Source: Podarcis pityusensis (Eukaryota). From it: a stretch of DNA of 64,000 bases. Both the position numbers and the translations under genes were made by a program. How positions within the stretch are numbered: the first letter of the stretch is position 1; each line of letters opens with the position of its first letter. The notes beneath the pieces are model-generated. The model did not search any database. It was given only the letters and a program-made list of their open reading frames with translations, and was not told the DNA's origin. This document shows, in pieces, positions 1 to 13,537 of the stretch. The DNA lies in NCBI GenBank assembly GCA_964106645.2, contig OZ067043.1; one strand, 5' to 3'.

Positions 1-3000
1 GCCTGAGTAAAGCTTTGAGGTCTCTTATTCCTCTGCTTCCATGCAGTTGGGAGAAAGATTTCCTCAGTGTTTTGGTTCACTTTCCATAATTTCTGACTTC
101 TTGGAGCGAGCTAATTTCAAACCATGGGTTATGAAGCTGGCTTATTTTAAATCACTGTTAACTAGAACGGGAGTCTGTGAACCTGAAGCTTTTTTCATTC
201 TTATCCCATGTAGCACTAAGCTATATTTTAGTGCTGCATACAAACCAGCCCACTTTTAATGCTATTGCTAGTATACCAGTCTCTCAAAGTTCCAACAGGT
301 CATTTGATACAGGTAGAGTTATTGCCATCAACATAAAAAGCGGGTTGGTTTGCTGCATTTGCTGCAACCATAAGCCTATCTATATACCCAACAAATTGTT
401 TGTTGGATGAAAATCATGTTCTTGAGCTGCAACTTGTAACTGTGTGTTGCGTTCGCAATGTGCTGCAACAAGGAAGAAAGACAATTTAAGAAAGCCCTTA
501 TCTTTTCTTTACAGAAGTTCATTCCTGTAGTGTAGGCAGTACTGGGATGAAATCTTTTGTTATGAGAGTAAACTGCAGCTTTCTCCTGATGGCATATGCA
601 AGCATGCATTATGCATTCTTGATGTGACAGATTTATTAGAAATTTAAATTATTTGACTTGTGGTAGAAAAGAGTTGAAACCCTAATTTTCAACTTGGGTA
701 AATTTCACATGCTATGTTTTATATTTTAATGGAGAAACAATTGGTCACACTTGTTATTTAATAATAATGATATGAACATTAATTGTAGGTCCAAGTTTGA
801 ACTTCAGTATCTTCTCAGAGTTTCTTTTTATTCCTGCAGTAGGAAAATTCTTGTAGTTCCCATAAATGTTTTACTTGCCACATTCATGTTTGGTACATAA
901 CTGATACAAGAGTCTTACAGCTTAAAAGAAAAGGCGAACTAGAAAAAAACCCCACATATCATAACTAGCAGGCAGCCTTATGTTACTGGGCTTGTAGGTT
1001 CCAGGTATATGAAAATGTACATGTTGCAATAATTCCTTACCTAGGTATTAGGTCTCAAATCTATACATTTTCCTTGGGAAGGGGGATATTGGCAATATTT
1101 CATCTGGTTATTCCTGTATTGACAGTTTTTGTCATCTGGGAATCAAAGAAGAATTGCTTTCTATAAGGATGTTTCTTGAGGATATCTGACTGCAAAGAGG
1201 AATACCATCCATAATATCTCACTAATATCATGCTAGGTAAACTCCTTAGGTTTGAGTTGATTATTTAGCCTATGGATTTCTTGAATGTTAATTAACAAAT
1301 CACAGTAGAAACAAATGGTCCTCCTTGTGATTACAAACCAAGGCCCTGGTTTTTGCTCACTGAAGCTGTCTGATTCATAACCTACTTGTCTTCCTATGTA
1401 CGGGGTAGAAACATAACTGATTCAAATAGTACTATGAATTCGTTCAATCTCTTTGTTTAGAATAGAATCTGAGTGAGATCTTAACTCTTGAATTAATTCC
1501 AGTTGTCCAGTTTAGCTAGTGACCTTACTCCTGGACAAGGTTGAATACTCTGGATGCAATAAACCATGTGAAATGAAAAGTGCAAATTATAGGCAGGTGG
1601 TGTTAGCTTAAACAACTTTTAAGAAATTCAGTACTCTTGTTAAGATATTACAGCTTAAGTAAAAAATAAATGCACCACTCTAATAAACCAGGGTCAACAA
1701 ATAGAGTTTCGTGAACACTTATGCTCTAAATCCTTTAAAGCAGAGGCACAGGAAGGAGTACCTCTGGATTTTTTGCAATAGAACTGCAACAGTTTCTGAC
1801 TCCCAACTGTTTACCAGCAAACCAAAAGGGCTCCCCATATTATGCTACTGAAAAAAGTAATTAAGGGGAATTAAGGATGAATTTTCATGTGAAAGGATTG
1901 TGAGCTCAGTTCTGCTACTAAAAATATCTTCCTGTTCTGAGACGTGTACTTAGAGGCAACCAGTTCCTTAGTTCTTGGTACATGTCTGCCTCTTTACAGT
2001 GGAAACATTATTTGTCCCTGCTTTTAAGCATGGAGAAACCCTAATATAGACTAATTATGTCTTTTGGGGCAATGCAGTATGTATATGTTCTTACATTTGA
2101 ACCTGTCTTTGGGTCCCTATGTTACATCTGTAGGTTTTTCCCCTCTTAAAAACACTTTGCATTTCTGTTATAAGCAGCAAATGGTTTAGAATATATAACT
2201 CTTAAGGGGCTAAATCATTGACTTGGATCCAGATAAACGAGGGGAAGAAGACAATGTATTAGTGCTGTTTGAATTTTCTTGCAAGTGATGGTAAAATATT
2301 TCTCACAAGCCAGCAGCACAAGGTAGCATACTGTGTCTACAGTATGAGAGAAATAGTGAATAAGGAAGCTGTAGGATAAACTAGTGGGCCGTAATAATGT
2401 CTTGAAAATAGCTTATGCAAACAGAAGCAATTCTTTGGATTTGGGGTTGCTTTTCTCATGCAATGCTCTTCCGCTAGGTCGGAAACAGCCCTTCTGTGAG
2501 TGGAAGAGGCTTTCCGCTAGCAGAAGGGCACCTGGGATCCAAGCTACTTGCTCCAATGGGACTTATTCCTTCTCCATTTGGAACTTATCTAGCGTGAGCA
2601 GGCAGTAGAGTGGAAAGAGAGTCTCATTAAATGAACAGTTCAGAATCAACTATGAACCTGACATTTCTGCAAAGGAACTTGGTAGGTATAGTTATCTGCA
2701 GTTTAAACATTTTTGTGTCTTCTGTTTGATAAAATATTCCTCCTCCTAGGAGGGAGGTAGATATTTTAAAGAGTGAGGTACCCGTATGTTTATCCTGGTT
2801 GAGGGTATGCTTGTGAATGTGTGCTGTCACCTTGAAGGCTTGTACATACCCAGTGCATTGCTTTTAACTATTGTATAAATGGTTCAGAGAGAATTAAAAT
2901 AAATTATGTAATTTGATTAAAGAATGATTGCATTATTTAAATAATAATGTACATTATAAAGAAAATTTGCATTCATGCTGCAGTTGCCATAACTTACTTG

Positions 3001-3118
3001 ATGGGGATTTTTTAAACTTGCCTACCTACCCAATTCATAGTCTAACTTTTAAGTGGATCTTATTATTTGCTGCTTTTGAAAAAAAGACACCTAAACTTGT
3101 GTTGTTTGTCCTGTTCAG

Positions 3119-3313
3119 GAGAAAAAAGAGCAAGAGCAGAAGTCGTAGCCATGACAGGAAGAGGAGTAGAAGTAAGGAGCGCAAACGAAGTCGTGATCGT
3201 GAGAGGAAGAAGAGCAAAAGTCGGGAGAGGAAGCGCAGTAGAAGTAAAGAACGGAGACGCAGCCGTTCAAGAAGTAGAGAACGGCGATTCAGAGGCCGTT
3301 ACAGAAGCCCCTA
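3119..3313 (+). CDS. RBM39: RBM39 exon (RS domain)
   Basis: ttcag|G AGA AAA AAG...CCC TA|gtatgt; RKKSKSRSRSHDRKRSR...RYRSP; 195 nt. Confidence 0.96.
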
Positions 3314-6300
3314 GTATGTTGCGCAAAATTGTCATTTTAGTTCTAATATTTCATTGCTGAATAAGCAGGAAATGTAATAAAAGTATAAGTTTTATTTTTT
3401 TAAAAAAGGCAAACTAACCTTTTAATATAGCTGCATAAGCCTCAATTTTAAGATGTATACATTTTTGTACCTTGGCTTAGGTTTTTCAAAATACTTTTAA
3501 GCAGACAACTTAAGAGAAATCTGCTTCCAGTATCGTGTGGGATCTGAAATCACAGTATGACTGTAGCAGTGACACAATTTTCTTTCGCAGTATCAGAGTG
3601 GGTAATCCCTGTAATGGTGGAATAACAATATTTGGTTCATACATAATGCCAAGTCCATGAAACTAAAAGTCCTTGCCATACAGGGGGAGAATAAGACAGA
3701 CCATGGAAGCCTGAGACTTTGCTTGCACGCCTTCTTGTTCATATATATGTCACACTAAATCATCTGAGAACTAGCCCAGACTTTCTCATAATGTCAAAAT
3801 GATATCTCAGGTTAATTTTGGATATGCTTCACATATCTGCCTTACTGCATCCCACTTGCTTTCAAATATACTTGTAAAGTGAACACCAGTTAGCATTTAG
3901 TTTCTTTCAAGATTGTTGCTGCCAATAATGAACTTGCTTGGTAATATATTGTCTTTTTTTTTTTTTTAATCTAGTTCTGGTCCAAAATTTAACAGTGCCA
4001 TCAGAGGAAAGATTGGCTTGCCTCACAACATTAAAATAAGGTTTCCTTCTTTTATTTTATGGTGACTATTTAATTATCTATTTTGATGTATTTAATACCT
4101 TCATAATTGGTTGTATCCTTTTTTCCACAGTAGACGACGATCCAGGAGCAAAAGTCCATTTAGAAAAGACAAGAGTCCTGTGAGGTAGGCAGTTGAATAC
4201 TACTATTTAAATTGACTGTGCAGTGTTGAATATTATATGAGGTGTCTCAGTTGCTTTCTATGCAAATCTCATTCTCACCTTTCAGCTTCCAGAACATGCT
4301 CTCTGTGCATGTTTAGTGTGCTGCCTCTGCAAGCCAAGGTTATTGTTAGTATTTTAATTTGGCATGAGTAGCATAGAGTGCACCTATTTTGATTGATTGT
4401 GGCAGTTCTGAAGTGTTGTGGATGTTGGTAGCACTACAGAATTTGATGTTCTTTTATTACTGGTAGTACGACCTTTTGCTTTCTCTGGCCATTAATAGGA
4501 ACGTCCTTTGAAAGGCATCTGTGATACACCTCTGTGTGAAGGTGACTTATGCATTTGACATTAATGAGCTATAAGTAACGGTAAAGGGACCCATGACCAT
4601 TAGGTTCAGTCGTGGCCGACTCTGGGGTTGCGGCGCTCATCTCGCTTTATTGGCTGAGGGAGCCAGCGTACAGCTTCTGGGTCATGTGGCCAGCATGACT
4701 AAGCCGCTTCTGGCGAACCAGAGCAGCGCATGGAAACGCCATTTACCTTCCCGCCGGAGCGGTACCTATTTTTTAATGTGCTTTCAAACTGCTAGGTTGG
4801 CAGGAGCAGGGACTGAGCAATGGGAGCTCACCCCGTCGCGGGGATTCGAACCGCCAACCTTCTGATCGGCAAGTCCTAGGCTCTGTGGTTTAACCCACAG
4901 CGCCACCCGTATCCCGAGCTATAAGTAGCTTATTGTAAAATTTTCACAGATGGAGCAGCAAGAGATATTGTGCTCCTTTCAGCTGTTCTCCATACCACAC
5001 TGATGTGTCTCAGGTCTGTGGGAACAACCTCTGCTGAAGGAAGGAACTATCTGGTCAGAGTAGAGGCGCTGGAATGTCTCCCTAAGTTAGGCTCTATGGA
5101 ACCATTGGGTAAGATGACCCAAATGGCAGCTAAGCTGCAGGAGCTTGGGGTGCAGTTATGGCCTATAGAGATTATTCTTAACTCGCAGTTTCATGGACCC
5201 AATGGGCAAATGTCATGTTAGCCTCAGCTGCCTGCTCCTCCATTTTTTGAAAAGCCATCCTTCACTGCTTAATTCAGTACTTGCGGCAGGCAATTAGGGT
5301 CATTCCCCATCAGGCCAGGCGAAAGAAAACAAGCATTGGGCTGTTTTCTTGCATTCATCCTAGCTACTATCTTTGGGCTCCTGTGAGCTTAAGCTTGTTA
5401 ATTCATCTCTCCTGCCAAAATTTGCTAGCGGCACCCATGTATAGATCTCGGCCCCTGTGTGTTCTTGTCTGGCCTATCCACATATAGGGGACTTGCTTTG
5501 AAAATAGGGGGATTGATTGAATTAAAGAGTGATCACAATGTCAGGCATAGATTAGCAGTCTTGTAACTGGAGTCATGGTCACTTTGCGAACAGAGTGCTG
5601 TTAGGTTTAGACCTTACTCCCATTCTTGCCATAGTCCGCAAAATGTGGACATTTTGCAAGGGTAAGGTGTAAATAATGTTTGGAGGGAGATTGAAACATT
5701 TTGTAATATTGCCTTTCAGTTGCAAAGTATATGATAATGCATTTTTGTGTGTAAAAAGTGCTATTCTGCTTAAGCTTGATAAATACAGTGATATGCCTTC
5801 ATTTTTTCTATGCATCATTGCATTTCTCTTGCTGCCCAGTGCTATACTGATTACTGCCTTTGTATGGATAGAATATCGAAAGACATAAATTTGTAAAATG
5901 GCTGAATACGTTCTTTCATTTCAGACATACACAACTATTAAAGTACGTTGAGGTTAAAAGCATTTCCTTTCTAATGCTGGGATTAGGTAAGGTGTACGTA
6001 CTTAGAAGTATGTCCATTAAATTAACAGATTTTTCCAGGCATACTTGTAGAATCGGGGTGCAAGACCTCTAAAACATCCTTTGTTAACCCCGAGCACCTT
6101 CTCCCAACCCTATTTTGTCTTTTTCATCTGCGTTACACATTCTTGCATATTGGGGTAGGAATATACGTTACACAGGAAAGAGCCCTTTTCTGAGGGCAAT
6201 ACCTTTTTTGCACTATAAATAATGAATTCTGAGATATTGAGACATTGACACATCTCATTAAAGGAGACTGTAGATATCTGGTGCAGTTGAAAAACAGGGG

Positions 6301-8243
6301 TACCTGTCTGCCTTACTTGAAGCATGTGCTATTTGAATGTTAAACCTCCATCTGTGTCTGAGTGTAAATGGATTTAATGAATATCAGAACAAATTTGTTC
6401 AAATTATCTTTTAAAATTGAAAATTACTGACCATGGTTTATCTATTATTTTCAGAGAACCTATTGATAATCTAACTCCAGAGGAGAGAGATGCTCGAACA
6501 GTATTCTGTATGCAGCTTGCTGCAAGAATTAGGCCAAGAGATTTGGAAGAGTTTTTCTCTACTGTAGGAAAGGTGAGGCGTCAATAACTCAAATTTCTTC
6601 TGGTGTCATCCTAATATTTTTAAAGCAGAATAACTGAGCAGAATTTTTTCAAACTTTCTGTATATTAAATTCCATTTAAGATACAGTGGTGTATTTGGGA
6701 TGATTTGCAAGATTGAGCTGCTGAATTTTTAGCCTAAATCTAAAGAAGCTTCCACGTGAGGACTTGCTAGCTAAAATAACATAGACCAGGCACGACCAAC
6801 TCACAAGAGACTGCGATCTATTCCCAGTTTAAAATGCAGGCAGTGATCTACCCATTGTCTTTGGAGGGACGAGGTACGTGTGTGGGGTGCGTGTGTGGAA
6901 GGAGGTAGCTAAGTGGATGCGGGAGGGGGGAGTTTAAGTGGGGGTGGGAAGGAAAGGGAGGCAAAAGTTCTCTCTCTGAGGAGCCAGCTGGCTTCTCTTC
7001 CCACCCCCAGCCAGCCCCTCTCCCTCCACTTATCCAGCTCTCCACCCCCCCGCAGCCCTTTCTCTCCCCCCCATCAAAGGTAGCCGCATAGCTGACGTGC
7101 ATCCCGATTGTGCCTGCCCCCCCCTTTTACCCCCATATCCGGGAAGACTGGACCAGGCGACATTCCTTGTTCTTTCCACCTGTCCTGGTCTTCCCTGCGG
7201 CGGCAGGGGGACCCAGTGCCAGGGCCACCACTGCAGCAGTGACAGCTAGGCTGGGTGACATTCCTTGCACTTGCTGCCCGGCCTGGCCTTCCCGGCGGCA
7301 GTGGAGGGACCCAGGGCCGCTGCTGCAGCAGTGAAGGCCGGGCAGCAAGTGCAAGGAATATCGCCCAACCCTGACTTCCCAGCGGTGGAGGGACCCATGG
7401 GGCCGCCACTGCAACCGGGCTGGACAGCAAGTGAGCAGGCAAGGAATGTCCCTCCCCCTGGCGCTGGGTCCTGCTGCTGGCGGGAAGGTTGAGCTGGGCA
7501 ACATTCCTTGTGCTTGCCTTCCCTGCGGCTGCGGCAGGAGCCGGGAAGGGGCGGCGACATTCCTTGCCCACTTTATTTAATCCCACGATCGACTAGGATC
7601 ACTCCTGTGATCTATTGGTCGATTGCGGTTGACTGATTGGACATGTCTGACATACACAAAACCAAGTTACAGTAGGATTGTCCTGTTCCATTATTTTTGC
7701 AACACTTTGGAAACAGGAGAAAGTAAGTAACTTGCGCGTGTTGGCAAAAAAATGTGATTGGATCCTAAGGTGCCATTCTGTGCAGCCTCCATCTAACGTC
7801 AGGGGGAAAGGCAGTTTTGTGGATTTCCTTCTCTTCCCCTCTGGAGTAGACTTTCAGGGGTGTGGGGAGAGGGAATTTGGCAAAAACAGAATCTCAGGAT
7901 CCATCCATAATTTGCTTGCTTTTCTGATGGTGTAAGATGCTGACACTTTTGACTCTGAAAGTTTCACAGTTGTTACTACATAAGATTGTCTAGAACAGGC
8001 ATGTCCAACCTCAAGTAGGTTGCAATCTACCAACAAGTATCAAAAACTGGCGGCGATCTACTACCCTCCAAAGTTGTTTAAGATAGAGTGAGTGATAAAG
8101 GGATCTTTATTTCACAGATACAGTAGTTATGTTTGGATATCATCATGATAGATCCAAATAGTTACTAGATGAACAAGTAACTAAGCAAGTGAGAAAAGTC
8201 AAACTATATTTTTATTTTAGTTTGCACAGATCTGAGAAGCCAG

Positions 8244-8301
<58 letters not shown>

Positions 8302-11300
8302 AACTCTTCTGAGTTGCTTCTTCCTTGCTCTGCGATTCTCCTTCCCTGCCTCCCCCCCCCCCCCACGGCATCCTCACTCTTTCCCTCCACCTCAGTCTTT
8401 CTCCTTCTGCATCTTTTCGTTTCAAGTCCAGTCATGCCCCATCCCTAAGTTAGTACCTTGCGGGAACACCCCCCCCCCACATAGACACCAGCCCTCCCTC
8501 AGGGCACCGTGTCCCCCTCACCCCCCCCCCCGGTGCTCTAACACGCCCCCCCGAGCGCAGTGCAGAGCGGGTGTCAGGAATGAAGGCAAGCTGGCTTCCT
8601 CAGTATGTCCTTGTTTTGTGTCTTGCTTTCAAAATAAGATGGTAAGATTATAGCAAAATTTGGAAAATACTTGGCTAATTATTTGAAGGAACAATTGAAA
8701 GTCTTTGAGGGACAGTAGGGTACCTGTTAGGGCACTGAAGCACCATTCCTTGAATACTGAAAAATGGCACTGCTTGTATGTTTTCACAAGTTTATCTGCA
8801 GGCATGAGAGAGGATTGAAAAATGATTCAATTTTGTTTCAAACATAATTTTTAATTTGAAGGCACTCTGTAGGAAATGCAGATTAAACTTTTCAAATAGG
8901 TAAAACAAGTTTTAACTGTTCCCATCTTTCTAGGTCCGTGATGTACGCATGATTTCAGACAGAAACTCCAGACGTTCCAAGGGAATTGCTTATGTGGAAT
9001 TTGTTGACGTTAGTTCAGTACCTTTGGCAATTGGATTAACAGGACAACGAGTTTTGGGGGTACCAATTATTGTACAAGCATCTCAAGTAAGTTGATACTA
9101 ATTTCTGCTCTAGCTCCGTTATGATCAGTAAATCTTACTTCATGTGCACTTTATTCTTGCATTGCAGGGGGTGGAGTACATGACCCTCCGGGTCCCTTGC
9201 AACTCTACAATTCTATGAGTCACTTGTGATCGAGTCCTTACATTCCATTCTCAACTCTGGATAGATCTGAAGTGTCACTTAGGGTTATACAAGGCGCTTG
9301 AATATGTCCAGTATATTTTTTTACTTCAGTTGTTTGAGTTTGTCAACCTGTGCCATACCTCAAAGTGCTGTTGAAGATTAGGGGACTTTTCAAATGTAGT
9401 TTGACCAAACAATGATTGATAACAGCTAAGAGACAGAGATGGCAGATAAAAAAGTTTATTAGAATAAACTAGCATGCCTATTTGCAAATTTAAATGCCAT
9501 CTACTTGAATATTATTGTTAATAATAATAGTATATTTCTTAATGCTTGTGCCTAGTTACTTACGATAAACAGTACTTGATAGTAGACCAAAAGGTGGAAA
9601 TCACTTCTAATTTATCAACAGTTTTATTTTTAAGATGGTGAATGCTTAGTTAAAACTTGTTTGGCACTAAAAATACTGGTGATTACAGCAAACTCCTAAT
9701 CTTGAATAATTGGAAGCCCCCCCCTTTTTTTTTTTAGTATTTATTTTTGAGTGCACTAAACATACAGTGAGTTGGTGGGCTTCTGCTAATATGCATGCTT
9801 TGTTTTTTTGCCTAATGTAAGAATACAATTTTTGAACTTGACCTACTCTGTAGTGTACTTCTCTCCCTCTCCCTCCCACACCCACCCAGTTTTGAATACA
9901 GTCTGAAGCATTCCTCAGTTAAATGTAGGACAGTTAACTGTTAAACTTTATTTAGTAATGTGTATTGTTTCTATTTGGGATAACTTTTCTAGGCAGAGAA
10001 AAACAGAGCAGCAGCAATGGCTAATAACCTACAAAAAGGAACTGCAGGCCCCATGAGACTGTATGTGGGATCATTACACTTCAATATAACTGAAGATATG
10101 CTTCGTGGAATCTTTGAACCTTTTGGGCGGGTAAGTTTTTTAGTTCATTGGGGACAACTGCACCTAGTAGTAGTGACAGAATTATGAATTCCTGAAAGGT
10201 TTAATTGGCTAACTTCCTTTCTCTGATTTTAAAAAATGTTAGTTCAAGTAGAAATAAAAACTACATGAATTCATTTGATCCTAAAGACCATTCTTGATTG
10301 AGTAACTTACAGTTGCACTTCTATAGTAGTGGATGCCAAGTTGCGTAGACTGCTTTCATAGCAGATTGTAAAAATTAAAATAATATTTCATCTGTCTAAC
10401 TGCAATATTATTCTGGTTTGTGCTTTCAACAACACTGTTGATAACATCAAACCGTGGTATTGCACCATGGGATCACATCTTGTGCTCCCTTTCCTCCTCA
10501 CACCCTCCAGTTTACAGTCCCAGTTTTCAGGCAATATCACAATTGGAATGTTTGGTTGTAACTGCAGTTGATGGTCTGAGAATGGAGCACTTAGGCATAG
10601 CACCAAAGTACGATTTAGTATTATGTGTGACACATCTATTCTTTAGGATTTCACGATCCAAATCTTGAGGATTTCAAACATCCAGGGGAGCTATTAGAAC
10701 ATTCTGTGCATATTCCAATTTGCATTATGGTCCTGGACAAACAGACTTTGTTTTCTTCTACATCCTGTTCTATAAAATAAAAAATTGATGACAGTAGGTC
10801 TTATATACTAATTAGTACTGGTCTTTGCAGATTGAAAGCATTCAGCTGATGATGGACAGTGAAACTGGACGTTCCAAAGGATATGGATTTATTACTGTAA
10901 GTTTGTAAAGTTTATTGTGGCAAACAGGTTCTACTGATGTCAATTGAATATATTGTTTCCAAGTAAAAATTCTTAGATTTTAAGATGTTCTGATTTTTTT
11001 AGACTTGTGATGCTTAACTTAGTTTTAGTTTACATGTGTAAAATTACAATATGTACCACACCTTTTATAATGTGCCCTGAAAGAAGTTGAAGATAAAATA
11101 TTTTAAGTCATAAACATGAATAATTATGAAAGTTAGGTACTAAGCCCCAAGTTTTGGGCATGTTCACAATGGTAGAATCATTCCAGTTTTTATTAAACCT
11201 GAGCAACCACTGCTATTGTACTGGACTTCAAGTTGGAGTGTGCTAAATGAAGATGGCTGCTTCACTACCAGATAATAGCATTCAGTAGAGTACAGTCATA

Positions 11301-13501
11301 TCATGGGTCCTGAATGCCTTGGTGCTTGGACGTTTTGGCTCCCAAATGCTGCAAACCCGGAAGTGAGTATTCCGGTTTGCAAATATTCTTTGAAACCTGA
11401 ATGCCCAACGGGGCTTCTGCAGCTTTGGTTTCTGAACGTTTTGGAAGTTGAACGGACTTCCGGAACGGATTTCGTTCGACTTCCAAGGTACGACTGTATG
11501 TTGCTGTGTTGATAAAAGCAAATTGAAAATGAAAGGATGAAGGCAAAATTGTCCATAGACAAGTGTGCAACTTCTCAAGTTACATAAAATTACTAAATGC
11601 AAACATCAAGTTGACAAACTCTACAACCCCTTAAACCCAGTGGAAGTATGCCATGGTTTGCATTGCCTGGTAATTAATTTGGGCTCCCATGTAAATGTCT
11701 GTACCTATCGGTTTTATAGCAAAAAATCAAATACATTGTGGCTTCTGTCACACTAAACCAGTTATTTGAAGGGTTCTAGTATTAGCTTGATGACTGAAAC
11801 TTAATAGTTTCAGTTTTTTAAAAATAAATAAATGCTGAAATAAAAGTCTGCTAACAACTGTATTTTAAATGACCATAGATTAATTTGTTTAGTTTTCAGA
11901 CTCTGAGTGTGCTAAAAAGGCCTTGGAACAACTAAATGGGTTTGAACTAGCTGGCAGGCCAATGAAAGTAGGTCATGTAACTGAACGTACAGATGCATCC
12001 AGTGCTAGCTCGTTTTTGGACAGTGATGAACTGGAAAGGACTGGAATTGACTTGGGAACAACTGGCCGTCTTCAGTTGATGGCAAGACTTGCTGAGGGTA
12101 AGTACATTTGTAAAAAGCAAAGTACATATGGTATTTTCTTCTAACGTATTTTTTTAGCATACTACTATATGATTTCAGTCTAAAGGAAAGCTCACTGCCA
12201 AGTTTTTCTAGCTAAGTGGGACATAGTCATCTCCATGTTGTAGACCTTCTAGTTTGGCTACATTGATTCCCAAGACTTTAAGCTGGTTTGCATACAGTGC
12301 TGAAACCATGATTTAGTACTATGGGCATGAGGTGAACAAACCTAAAGCTGCACTTCCTATTTCTCTTTCCTCCTTCTGTGCAGCTGGGAAATAAATGCCT
12401 GCTGCATTTTCTTTGAGTTTTGTGAATCCTAGCTTGTCATGAGGTGCTAATCAGAATCAAGGTTTAAAATAAACTTGTAAGCTTCAAAGTTAGTAAACTT
12501 TAAACCATGGGTAATGACACTGGCTTTAACTAATCAGAGTTTGTTATTAAACTGTGCTGTCTGGAAATTAAACACAGCAGAAGTCTTCCCAAACCTTGTG
12601 GAAGTGGGAAGGGATAACTGTAAAGCTAGTAACTTTGATTGGGCTCATTCTGGTTTGTACTTGTAGCACAAAACAATTTTTCATAATTTTAGTATCCTAG
12701 TTAAATGTAGAGCCTCTAGCACAAAATAGATTAATGGCTTTCTATTCCAGGTACTGGCTTGCAAATTCCTCCAGCTGCACAGCAAGCTCTGCAGATGAGT
12801 GGATCATTAGCATTTAGCGCTGTAGCAGGTAAAATTGTTTTTTCTAAATACTGTATTCTGGAAATTATTCTTAAGGAAGATAACTTACTCACCTGTTGAT
12901 TATGATATGTTAGCTGATTTGCACAACCACAGCAATTTTCTGTATCACTTTATTTAATTTATTTCAATTATATACCACTTAGTCACAGAAATTGCTAAGC
13001 GGGGTACAAACAGATTACAAAAGTAACAGTGAATAAAATTTTATGCAGGAAATAAAATTAATCATAAAAACAGAATGTATTTAAATGCCTGCTGAAATAG
13101 AAAGGTTTTCAGGCACCTGAAGTTCAACTATCAGAGGGCCCTGTATAATATCAGTTGTGAGGGAGTTCTACAGAATCAGGCCCACAGTACTGAATGTGCA
13201 GCTCCAGGGGGATATGAACTGCGTATCTGAGCCATGGGAGACCACTAAAACAGATTACTCTGAAGATTTCAGAGATCAAGCAGGGATATAAGGTATCCTG
13301 GGCTCAGAATGTTAAGGGCTTTGTAAATTATACAAGAACCTTGAACTTGGCCTAGTAACATGGACAGCCAGTGTGAGCTTTGAAGTGCCAGATTTATGTG
13401 CTGATGATAATCTGTCCCTACTAGCATTCTAGCCACAGGATTTAGCACCTGCTGGAGCTTCTAGACTGATGAAGATGATGATAGTAGTAGTAGTAGTAGT
13501 A

Positions 13502-13537
<36 letters not shown>

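Noticed and set aside
2928-3314. 128-aa ORF ending ...RYRSP-stop
   Set aside because: Intron read-through into the RBM39 RS exon; the TAG spans the TA|GT donor
6848-7586. Several overlapping GC-rich ORFs (up to 170 aa) on both strands
   Set aside because: All lie within a non-autonomous hAT element; no transposase or other domain motifs
8189-8653. 154-aa ORF with SLSLSL and Pro runs
   Set aside because: Translation of the (CT)n and C-rich repeat
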